From assembly GCA_902620285.1 (NCBI GenBank), contig CACNHT010000006.1:857-64856 (forward strand): a stretch of DNA of 64,000 bases, read 5' to 3'. The notes under the pieces were generated by a model. That model did no database searches and was not told the origin of the DNA. It was given only the letters and a program-made list of their open reading frames with translations. The translations under genes were made by a program, and so were the position numbers. The stretch comes from an uncultured Alphaproteobacteria bacterium (GTDB lineage Bacteria > Pseudomonadota > Alphaproteobacteria > HIMB59 > GCA-002718135). This document shows positions 8,375 to 17,258 of the stretch, piece after piece. Numbering within the stretch: position 1 is the first letter of the stretch; each line of letters starts with the position of its first letter.

Positions 8375-9114
8375 TACTGAAATTTTTGAAATCCATCTTT
8401 TTCTATTTCAGCAGCAATTTCAGATCCACCTGATTTGACAATAGAACCATTTACCATAACATGTACATAATCTGGTTTAATATAATCCAAAAGTTTTTGA
8501 TAATGAGTAATGATTAAAAATGAATTATCTTTTGTTTTAAGTTTATTAACCCCATCGGTAACGATTTTAAGAGCATCAATATCCAGGCCTGAGTCTGTTT
8601 CATCCAAAATAGCTAAATCTGGATTAAGAATACTCATTTGTAAAATTTCATAACGTTTTTTTTCACCTCCAGAGAAGCCTGTATTAACTGATCGTTTAAG
8701 CATATCAATATTTATACCTAAATCACTAGCTTTAGACTTTAAAAGCTTAGCAAATGATAAATTATCAATTTCTTCTTCGTTCATTCGTTTTCTTTTTGAA
8801 TTAATTGCAGAATGTAAAAATGGAGTAATATTTACTCCAGGTATTTCAACAGGATATTGAAAAGCCAAAAACATTCCTTCTTGTGCTCTTTCTTCGATAT
8901 TTAAATCAAATAAATCATTATCCTTGAAATTAATTCTGCCATTTAAAATTTCATAATCCTCTTTACCTGCTAAAACGTTTGCTAACGTACTTTTACCAGA
9001 TCCATTTGGACCCATAATTGCGTGAACTTCACCTTTATTAATATTTAAGTTAAGACTTTTAAGAATATTTTTGTTTTCAATTTTTACTGATAGGTCTTTA
9101 ATTTCTAAAAACAT
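8374..9114 (-). CDS. sufC: Fe-S cluster assembly ATPase SufC
   Basis: 246 aa. Walker A GPNGSGKST, signature FSGGEKKR, Walker B ILDETDSGLD. Confidence 0.95.
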   Translation of the reverse strand: MFLEIKDLSVKIENKNILKSLNLNINKGEVHAIMGPNGSGKSTLANVLAGKEDYEILNGRINFKDNDLFDLNIEERAQEGMFLAFQYPVEIPGVNITPFLHSAINSKRKRMNEEEIDNLSFAKLLKSKASDLGINIDMLKRSVNTGFSGGEKKRYEILQMSILNPDLAILDETDSGLDIDALKIVTDGVNKLKTKDNSFLIITHYQKLLDYIKPDYVHVMVNGSIVKSGGSEIAAEIEKDGFQKFQ

Positions 9115-9115
9115 A

Positions 9116-10567
9116 CTAACCTACACTTCCCTCGAGAGATATGGATACCAGTTTTTGTGCTTCAACAGCAAATTCCATAGGAAGTTCTTGCAAAACTTGT
9201 TTGCAGAAACCATTTACTATTAATGAAACTGCCTCTTCATGACTTAAACCTCTTTGTCTGCAGTAATAAAGTTGATCTTCATTAATTTTAGATGTCGAAG
9301 CTTCGTGCTCAATAACAGCTGTATTATTTTTTGAGTCAATGTAAGGAACTGTGTGTGCCCCACATTGGTTTCCTACTAATAAAGAATCGCATTGAGTATA
9401 ATTTCTTGCTTTATCAGCTTTCCTTAAAAAAGAAACTTCACCCCTATAAGTATTTTGTGACTTACCTAAAGAAATACCTTTTGATATAATTTTACTTTTG
9501 GTATTTTTACCAATATGAGTCATTTTTGTTCCAGTATCAGCTTGCTGAAAGTTGTTTGTAATGGCAACAGAATAAAATTCTCCGATTGAATTATCTCCTT
9601 TCAAAATGCAGCTAGGATATTTCCATGTAATAGCGGATCCAGTCTCTACTTGTGTCCATGATATCTTACTATTTTTACCTGCACAAAGACCTCTTTTAGT
9701 AACAAAATTATAAATACCACCTTTTCCATCTTCATCTCCTGGATACCAATTTTGAACAGTTGAATATTTTATTTCCGCATCTTCTAAAGCGATTAATTCT
9801 ACATTGGCTGCATGCAATTGATTGTCGTCTCTTTTAGGGGCAGTACATCCTTCAAGATAGCTAACATAACTGCCTTTATCAGCAATAATTAGAGTCCTCT
9901 CAAATTGCCCAGTATTCTCAGCGTTAATTCTAAAATAAGTAGATAGTTCCATTGGACATTTTACTCCCTCTGGTATGTATACAAAAGATCCATCAGTAAA
10001 TACAGCTGAGTTTAACGCTGAAAATGAGTGATCGCCAGGCGGTATAACAGAGCCTAAATATTTTTTTATTAAATTAGGATGTTTTTGAATAGCTTCACCA
10101 ATTGAACAGAAAATTATACCAAGCTTTTCTAATTCACCTTTGTAGGTTGTAGCAACAGAAACACTATCAAATACAACATCTACAGCAACACCAGATAAAA
10201 CTTTTTGCTCCTCTAGAGGTATACCGAGTTTATTATATGTTTCTATAAGCTTTGGGTCTACTTCGCTAAGATCTTTGGGTTTTTTTTCAAAACCTTTTGG
10301 TGCTGAATAATAATAAATATCTTGATAATCGATTTCAGGAAAACTAAGATTTGCCCATTTAGGCTCTTTCATTTTTTTCCATTTTGAATATGCTTTTAAT
10401 CTCCAGGCCAGCATCCACTCTGGCTCCTTCTTTTTAAGTGAAATGAATTTAATTGTATCTTCGTTTAATCCTTTCTTTGGCTTTTCATCATCAATTTCAG
10501 TTACAAAGCCATATTTGTATTTATTTTTACTATAAGAATTTAATGTATTGAGTGTTTCTGAGTTCAC
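9116..10567 (-). CDS. sufB: Fe-S cluster assembly scaffold SufB
   Basis: 483 aa, strongly SufB-like throughout (YGF...[23 protein letters not shown]...[20 protein letters not shown]). GTG start at 10567..10565. Confidence 0.95.
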   Translation of the reverse strand: MNSETLNTLNSYSKNKYKYGFVTEIDDEKPKKGLNEDTIKFISLKKKEPEWMLAWRLKAYSKWKKMKEPKWANLSFPEIDYQDIYYYSAPKGFEKKPKDLSEVDPKLIETYNKLGIPLEEQKVLSGVAVDVVFDSVSVATTYKGELEKLGIIFCSIGEAIQKHPNLIKKYLGSVIPPGDHSFSALNSAVFTDGSFVYIPEGVKCPMELSTYFRINAENTGQFERTLIIADKGSYVSYLEGCTAPKRDDNQLHAANVELIALEDAEIKYSTVQNWYPGDEDGKGGIYNFVTKRGLCAGKNSKISWTQVETGSAITWKYPSCILKGDNSIGEFYSVAITNNFQQADTGTKMTHIGKNTKSKIISKGISLGKSQNTYRGEVSFLRKADKARNYTQCDSLLVGNQCGAHTVPYIDSKNNTAVIEHEASTSKINEDQLYYCRQRGLSHEEAVSLIVNGFCKQVLQELPMEFAVEAQKLVSISLEGSVG

Positions 10568-10646
10568 AATACTTCATCTAATTCATTAATTTAAAAAATC
10601 TACCTATTTCAACAAAAATTAACCAAATTTAGAACTGATTTTAAAT

Positions 10647-11741
10647 TTAGGCAGTAATCCAGCCTCCCCCAAGTAATTGGTCATTTTTGTAAAAAACACA
10701 AGCTTGTCCAGGGGAAGTATTATCTAATTCCTTTTCAAATGTAAAAGTTCCATGGTCGCTATTTATATCAAGAATTCCTGGTAAATCTTCTTGGGTTGAT
10801 CTTATTTTTGCTGAACAATCAAGTTTGTTAGGAAGAATATTACCTCCTAACCAATTGATATTTTTAAAATTAATAACATTTTTTTTCAACTTGTCTTTTG
10901 TACCTAAAGTAATTGTGTTTTGATCTTTATTTATGTCTATTACATATAAAGCGTTTTTTGAACCACTAATGCCAATACCTTTTCTTTGACCTATTGTGTA
11001 ATTGCTAATACCATCATGAGTTCCAAGGATATTATTATCTAAGTCATAAATTATACCTTTTTTGTTTACACTTGGATTTAAATTTTTAACCAGATCTCTA
11101 TAGGAATCAGAAGTAACAAAGCAAATATCTTGGCTATCAGGTTTGTCACTTACACTTAGTTTATATTTTTCAGCTAATTGTCTAATTTCTTTTTTTTTAT
11201 AATCACCTAATGGAAATCTAACGTAATTTAGTTGTTCTTGTTGAGTAGCAAAAAGAAAAAAACTTTGATCTTTTGAAAAATCTTTTGCTTTGTGCAAACT
11301 AGCATTATTTAATGATCCCTTTCTTATTGCATAATGTCCTGTCGCTAGTGCATCGGCTCCAATTTTTTTTGCCTCATTAAGTAAATCTGAAAATTTTACT
11401 GTTTCATTGCATTTAACACAAGGTAAAGGAGTTTCACCATTTGCATATGAATCAACAAAGTTGTTTATTACCCCATTAAAAAATTTATCTTGATAATCTA
11501 AAACTATGTGTTCGAAATCATTATTTAGAGCTACATTTTTTGCATCCTCAATATCAATACCTGCACAGCATGATTTATTCTTTGATACATTAGAGTTGTT
11601 ATATAATTTTAAAGTTATACCAATTACATCATAACCTTGTTTTTTTAACATTACCGCTGCAACTGAGCTATCTACTCCTCCAGACATAGCAACGACTACT
11701 TTTGTATCTTTTTCAGACTTATTAAAACCAAGAGAATTCAT
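10647..11741 (-). CDS. mnmA: tRNA 2-thiouridine(34) synthase MnmA
   Basis: 364 aa. PP-loop VVAMSGGVDSSVAA, catalytic-Cys context KCNETVKF and SQDICF. Confidence 0.9.
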   Translation of the reverse strand: MNSLGFNKSEKDTKVVVAMSGGVDSSVAAVMLKKQGYDVIGITLKLYNNSNVSKNKSCCAGIDIEDAKNVALNNDFEHIVLDYQDKFFNGVINNFVDSYANGETPLPCVKCNETVKFSDLLNEAKKIGADALATGHYAIRKGSLNNASLHKAKDFSKDQSFFLFATQQEQLNYVRFPLGDYKKKEIRQLAEKYKLSVSDKPDSQDICFVTSDSYRDLVKNLNPSVNKKGIIYDLDNNILGTHDGISNYTIGQRKGIGISGSKNALYVIDINKDQNTITLGTKDKLKKNVINFKNINWLGGNILPNKLDCSAKIRSTQEDLPGILDINSDHGTFTFEKELDNTSPGQACVFYKNDQLLGGGWITA

Positions 11742-11797
11742 ATATTTAAAACATCTATATTTACAAAATCATATAACTTCAATATTAGCTTTATCAA

Positions 11798-12442
11798 ATG
11801 GTAGACTTATTAATTCCAGGTCCAGAAGGAAAGATAGAAGCAAAATATTCACATAACAATCGAGATGACTCGCCTATAGTAATTTTATTACATCCTGACC
11901 CTTCTAAAGGTGGGACGATGCATACTAAAATTATTTTTAAAATGTACAAAATTTTTATAAAAGCAGGGTTTTCTACGATTAGATTTAACTTTAGAGGGGT
12001 TGGCAAAAGTGAAGGAATATATGACGATGGTGAAGGAGAATTAAGTGATGCAGCTTGCGTATTGGATTGGCTTCAGCAATATAATACAAATTCAAAAATA
12101 TGTTGGGTTGCTGGATTTTCATTTGGTGCTTGGATTGCAATGCAACTATTAATGAGAAGACCAGAGATAAATGGTTTTGTAAGTATTTCGCCACCAGCAA
12201 ATTTAAGAGATTTTAGTTTTTTAGCACCGTGTCCATCTTCAGGATTAATAATGCATGGTGATAAAGACAACATTGCTTCATTTGATTCCACAAAAATATT
12301 GGTTGAAAAACTTCAGCAACAAAAAAAAGTAGATATTAAGTTTAAACCAATAAAAGGTGCAGATCATTTTTATGAAAGTTTTTCTAATGAGTTTGAAAGT
12401 TCAATAAATGATTATATTGGTCAAACAATTGATAGAAAATAA
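11798..12442 (+). CDS. Small alpha/beta-fold hydrolase
   Basis: 214 aa. Nucleophile elbow GFSFGA (G-x-S-x-G), later HGDKD and GADHF. Specific function not recognised. Confidence 0.7.
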   Translation: MVDLLIPGPEGKIEAKYSHNNRDDSPIVILLHPDPSKGGTMHTKIIFKMYKIFIKAGFSTIRFNFRGVGKSEGIYDDGEGELSDAACVLDWLQQYNTNSKICWVAGFSFGAWIAMQLLMRRPEINGFVSISPPANLRDFSFLAPCPSSGLIMHGDKDNIASFDSTKILVEKLQQQKKVDIKFKPIKGADHFYESFSNEFESSINDYIGQTIDRK

Positions 12443-12448
12443 TTTAGA

Positions 12449-13687
12449 ATGAAATTTAAATCTGAATTTCTTAATGAAATTAAAGAAAGAGGGTTCGTAT
12501 ATCAAGATACTGATATAGCAAATTTAGATAATATCATTTCGAAAAATAAGATATCTGGTTACATAGGGTTTGATATAACTAGTGATAGTTTACATGTTGG
12601 AAGTTTAATCCAATTAATGCTTCTTCACTGGCTTGATTTTTATGGACACAATTCAATTTGTTTAATTGGTGGAGGAACAACATTAATTGGTGACCCATCA
12701 GGAAAAGATGAAACAAGAAAAATATTAACTAAAAAAGAAATCGACAAAAATATTGATAATATTAAACATATATTTGGTAGGTTTATTAATCTGAATAAAA
12801 ATGGATTAATAATAAATAATTATGATTGGCTTTCTAAATTAAATTACATAGATTTCCTAAGACAGTTCGGTTCAAAAATTACCTTAAATAGAATGCTAAC
12901 TTTTGATTCAGTAAAAAGTAGGTTGGATCGTGAACAACCATTAACAATATTAGAATTTAATTATATGCTTTTACAGGCATATGATTTTGTTTATCTAAAT
13001 AAAAACTATAATTGTATTTTACAAATGGGAGGATCAGATCAATGGGGTAATATTTTGAGTGGAGTTGATTTAATTCATAAAATTAATCAAAAAAATGCAT
13101 ATGGTATTACTTCACCATTGATAACAAATAGTGATGGATCAAAGATGGGCAAAACAGCAAGTGGAGCAATATGGTTAAATAAAAATAAAATATCTAGTTT
13201 AGATTTTTTTCAATTTTGGAGAAACGTGAATGATAAAGATGTTTCTAGATTCTTATATTTATTTACTAAATTACCAATTAATGAAATAATTAAATTATCG
13301 TCTTTAAAAAATCAGGAAATAAATGAAGCAAAAAAAATATTAGCATATGAAGTAACTAAGATTGTAAGAGGGAAAGAGGATGCAGACGAGGCACTAGAAA
13401 TAACAGAGAACATATTTAATGCCAATATTATTGATGAAAGATTACCTAATATTTCAGAAAAAAAATTAAATTTAAGTAATGATAGTTTTACAATTTTAGA
13501 TGCAATTGAAAAACTCAACTTAGTAAAGAGCAGAAGTGAAATAAAAAGATTAATAAAATCTGACGGAGTTAAAGTTAATGATCAATTATATGAGGGCAAT
13601 CAATTTTCTTTAAAAAAATACTCCGATCTAAAAGAATTAAAAATTTCTATTGGAAAGAAGAAAATTGGAATTTTAAAACTAGATTAA
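12449..13687 (+). CDS. tyrS: Tyrosine--tRNA ligase
   Basis: 412 aa. HIGH-type motif SLHVGSL, KMSKS-type motif SKMGKT, C-terminal S4-like domain. Confidence 0.9.
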   Translation: MKFKSEFLNEIKERGFVYQDTDIANLDNIISKNKISGYIGFDITSDSLHVGSLIQLMLLHWLDFYGHNSICLIGGGTTLIGDPSGKDETRKILTKKEIDKNIDNIKHIFGRFINLNKNGLIINNYDWLSKLNYIDFLRQFGSKITLNRMLTFDSVKSRLDREQPLTILEFNYMLLQAYDFVYLNKNYNCILQMGGSDQWGNILSGVDLIHKINQKNAYGITSPLITNSDGSKMGKTASGAIWLNKNKISSLDFFQFWRNVNDKDVSRFLYLFTKLPINEIIKLSSLKNQEINEAKKILAYEVTKIVRGKEDADEALEITENIFNANIIDERLPNISEKKLNLSNDSFTILDAIEKLNLVKSRSEIKRLIKSDGVKVNDQLYEGNQFSLKKYSDLKELKISIGKKKIGILKLD

Positions 13688-13691
13688 AAAT

Positions 13692-14787
13692 TTATAAAGT
13701 TAGAGAAATTTCTAAGAAAGAGTTTATTTCTCCATCTAAAACATCGTTTACATTAGAGGTTTCGTGTCCACTTCTTAAATCTTTGATTAATTTATAAGGG
13801 TGCAAAACATAAGATCTTATTTGATTACCCCAACCAATATCTTTTTTTTCTTTATTTTTTATATTTTCATTTTCTTTTCTTTTTTGCAGTTCTGCTTCAT
13901 AAATTCTAGATTTAATCATTTTCATAGCATTAGATCTATTTTTATGTTGTGATCTATCACTTTGACATTGGACTACAGTATTGGTAGGTAAATGTGTAAT
14001 TCTAACCGCGCTATCAGTTTTGTTTACGTGCTGACCGCCAGCTCCAGATGCTCTATATGTATCAATTCTTAAATCACTTTCTTTAATTTCAATTTCTATT
14101 TTATCGTCTATTTCCGGATATACCCAAACACTTGCAAAACTAGTATGTCTTCTTTTGTTGCTATCAAAAGGAGAGATCCTTACGAGTCTATGAATGCCAC
14201 TCTCTTTTTTTAACCATCCATATGAATATTCCATTACAATTTTTAATGTACATGATTTAATGCCGGCTTCTTCACCACGAGTTTCCTGTAATAAGTTAAC
14301 CTTGCAACTATCTTGGTTATCAGCCCATCTCAAATACATTCTCTGTAGAATTTGAGCCCAATCTTGACTTTCAGTTCCTCCAGCACCTGCATGTATTTCT
14401 AAAAAAGCATTTAAATGGTCAGCTTCATCATTTAACAAATTTAAATAACGGATTTTTTCAGATAATTTTAGTGTTAATGTAACTTCTTTTAATAAATCAT
14501 CTAGCAGGGTATTGTCTTTATTTTTTTGAATATATTCAAATATCTCTTCATTTTCTTCAACTGATTTGCTTAATTGATTATAATCATCAATTTTATTTTC
14601 GATATTTTTTATTTCCTGAAAGATTTTTTTAGCATCGTTCTTTTCCCAAATGTTTGGATCAGAACTTTTTAGTTTTAAATCCTGAAGTTCAATTTGAAGA
14701 AGTTTATAGTCAAACTCCCCTCCTTATAAGATCATAATTTGATCTTATTTTTTTTAACTTATCTTCAATAATTTCAATAACTTCCAT
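13692..14787 (-). CDS. prfB: Peptide chain release factor 2, requires a programmed +1 frameshift (segments 14787..14713 and 14711..13692)
   Basis: The track ORF covers only 13692..14438. My translation from ATG 14787 gives MEVIEIIEDKLKKIRSNYDLIRRGV then in-frame TGA (14712..14710). Skipping base 14712 continues DYKLLQIELQDLKLKSSDPNIWEKNDAKKIFQEIK...LLNDEADHLNAFLEIHAGAGGTESQDWA... to a 364-aa RF2 with SPF (RISPFDS) and GGQ (GAGGQHVN). Confidence 0.9.
14709..14724 (-). promoter_or_regulatory. prfB autoregulatory +1 frameshift site: internal SD-like AGGAGGGG, then A, then GUU UGA C
   Basis: The minus strand reads AGGAGGGG A GTT TGA C. The layout matches the E. coli paradigm AGGGGG UAU CUU UGA C except for the first base of the shift codon. 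Confidence 0.85.
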
Positions 14788-14794
14788 AAATGCA

Positions 14795-17149
14795 TTACTG
14801 TAATAAACCACCAGTTCCAGAAATGGAATTATTATTAAAATTTTCTAAACCATCAATAACATTTATATTACCTGAATACGGCTCAGAACCCAGTATAAAT
14901 GGCTCAATTATACTATTATTTTTATTAGATATAGTTCCACTTTTTGGATCAATTCTTACAAAACTAATACCTGAAGGAATTCTAAATGGTTTTTTATTTT
15001 TATTAATTTGAATTTTGTTAGCAAAATTTTTAAATATTGGTACTGCAACACTAGAGCCAGTTTGTTTATACCCTAAGGACTTTGGCTTATCATACCCAAC
15101 ATACACACCAATTACCAAATCAGGTGTAAAACCGATGAACCATGCATCCTTATTTTGATTTGTAGTACCTGTCTTACCTGCTAAAGGTATATCTAGATCT
15201 TTTAGTTTTTTAGCTGTTCCTCTTTCTATCACACCTTCCATCATTGATGTAATTTGATATGCAATTCTTGGATCAATAATTATATTTTTATTTTCATTTA
15301 AATTTGGTATTTTAATTTTTGAGGAGATTTTATCTATTTTACAATCAATACATGTTTTTAAACTAGTATCAAAAATTTTTTTTCCATTTTTCGAATAAAT
15401 ACTTGTAATTAACTTTGGTTCAATTTTTTTTCCACCATTTGCTATTATAGCATATGCATTTGTTAAATCTTTAAGAGTAATAACGCCAGATCCTAAAGAC
15501 ATAGAAAGTTTATCATCTAATCCATCACCAATATTAAAATTGTTTGCCATACTTAGAATTTTATTCATCCCAATCCTATTAGCAAGTCTGACTGTCATTA
15601 AGTTTCTTGATTTTTCAATACCAGTTCTCATAGTTGTTAATCCATAAAATTCATCAGTGTAATTGGAAGGTTTCCATTTTGGAAGACCAGGACCTTGATC
15701 TACAACATAAGGAGCATCTAGAATCAATGTTGAAGGTGAATAGCCTTCATTTAATGCAGCTAAATATACTATTGGTTTAAAAGCTGAACCAGGCTGTCTT
15801 TTTGCTTGAGTAGCTCTATTAAATTCACTTCTATTGAAACTATATCCACCTGCAAGAGCTAAAATATCTCCGCTATAAGGATCCAATACAATTATAGCAC
15901 CGTTTGCTTTTGGTTCCTGTCTTATTATGTAAAAATTATTATTTTTCTCAACATAAATTACATCACCTTTTGCAAAATTTTCATCTAATAACCAATCATT
16001 ATATTTATTATCTAAATCAACTAATAATTTTTCTTTATGTTGATTAAACACGTCTATTTTTGTGTTATTTATCTCATTAATAATTACGACTTCCCATTTT
16101 GGATAAAAGGGATTTGTGTCTATATAGAATTTTTTTTTATTAAGAAAATTTTCTATAGTTGTGTTTTCTATTAACCCACTCCATCCTTGTCTTTTTTGAT
16201 AATCAATCAATCCTTCAATAAGACTAAGATTGGCACTTTTTTGAATTTCTGAATCTAAAGCAGTTTTAATAATTAATCCTTCAGAATAAAGTTTTTCCTT
16301 ACCAAATTTTTTAAAAAGCTCTTTTCTAATCTCTTCATAAAAATAATCAGCATCAGAAAATTTAACATCAAATCTCTTATATACTTCAAGAGGTTTGTTT
16401 TTATAATTTAGATCTTCCCTTTTAATATATCCATTTGTATACATTCTATCTATTACCCAATTTCTTCTATCTACTGCTTTGAAATAATTTTTCTTTGGGT
16501 TATAATTATTTGGTGCTTTAGGTAATGCAGCAAGGAATGCTATTTCATGCAGCTCAAGATCATAAATTGATTTATTAAAATAATTTAGACTTGCTGAGGC
16601 AATTCCATAAGATCCAAAACCTAAGTAAATATCATTTAAATATAATTCTAAAATTTCGTTCTTATTTAAAATATTTTCGATTCTTATAGCTAAAATAATT
16701 TCTTTTATTTTCCTTGAATAACTCAACTCATTAGTAAGTAATAAATTTTTTACAACTTGCTGAGTAATTGTTGAAGCTCCAACCACTCTTTTATTTGAAT
16801 TAATATTTGTTACGTTAGTTAAAAATGCTCTAAGGATTGCTATAATGTCGACCCCATAATGTTCATAAAAATTTTTATCTTCTGATGACAAGAAAGCATG
16901 TTTGATTTTTTTTGGAATTCTATTTACAGGAATGAATATTCTCTCTTCTTTATAAAAACTTTTAAGAAGATAGCCATCGGCGCTGTATATTCTAGAAGAT
17001 AAATTTGGTTTATAATTTATAATGTTTTCATATGATGGTAATTCTGGAGCATATCGCCAAAGTGTATAAAAAATAGTTAAAATTGAAATAAATCCAAAAA
17101 TGAATAGTAAAATTAGTGATAATTTTATATAATTGAATAATCTAGTCAT
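14795..17149 (-). CDS. mrcA: Bifunctional class A penicillin-binding protein 1A (glycosyltransferase + transpeptidase)
   Basis: 784 aa. N-terminal TM helix. GT51 motifs SSEDKNFYEHYGVD and GASTITQQ. Transpeptidase motifs QPGSAFKP (SxxK) and KTGTT. Confidence 0.9.
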   Translation of the reverse strand: MTRLFNYIKLSLILLFIFGFISILTIFYTLWRYAPELPSYENIINYKPNLSSRIYSADGYLLKSFYKEERIFIPVNRIPKKIKHAFLSSEDKNFYEHYGVDIIAILRAFLTNVTNINSNKRVVGASTITQQVVKNLLLTNELSYSRKIKEIILAIRIENILNKNEILELYLNDIYLGFGSYGIASASLNYFNKSIYDLELHEIAFLAALPKAPNNYNPKKNYFKAVDRRNWVIDRMYTNGYIKREDLNYKNKPLEVYKRFDVKFSDADYFYEEIRKELFKKFGKEKLYSEGLIIKTALDSEIQKSANLSLIEGLIDYQKRQGWSGLIENTTIENFLNKKKFYIDTNPFYPKWEVVIINEINNTKIDVFNQHKEKLLVDLDNKYNDWLLDENFAKGDVIYVEKNNNFYIIRQEPKANGAIIVLDPYSGDILALAGGYSFNRSEFNRATQAKRQPGSAFKPIVYLAALNEGYSPSTLILDAPYVVDQGPGLPKWKPSNYTDEFYGLTTMRTGIEKSRNLMTVRLANRIGMNKILSMANNFNIGDGLDDKLSMSLGSGVITLKDLTNAYAIIANGGKKIEPKLITSIYSKNGKKIFDTSLKTCIDCKIDKISSKIKIPNLNENKNIIIDPRIAYQITSMMEGVIERGTAKKLKDLDIPLAGKTGTTNQNKDAWFIGFTPDLVIGVYVGYDKPKSLGYKQTGSSVAVPIFKNFANKIQINKNKKPFRIPSGISFVRIDPKSGTISNKNNSIIEPFILGSEPYSGNINVIDGLENFNNNSISGTGGLLQ

Positions 17150-17258
17150 ATTAATAATCTACATTGTGAAATAGTTAAAAATATGACATTAAGCAAATAT
17201 TATACAAATATTCAAAAATGATTTTAATATATAAAAATTTATACGGAGTTTCGGCATT

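Noticed and set aside
11794-12291. Three minus-strand ORFs (11794..12006, 11991..12200, 12073..12291) opposite the alpha/beta hydrolase gene
   Set aside because: The plus-strand gene has a coherent hydrolase fold signature (GFSFGA, HGDKD, GADHF) and proper spacing to tyrS. The minus-strand ORFs are short, overlap each other and lack motifs.
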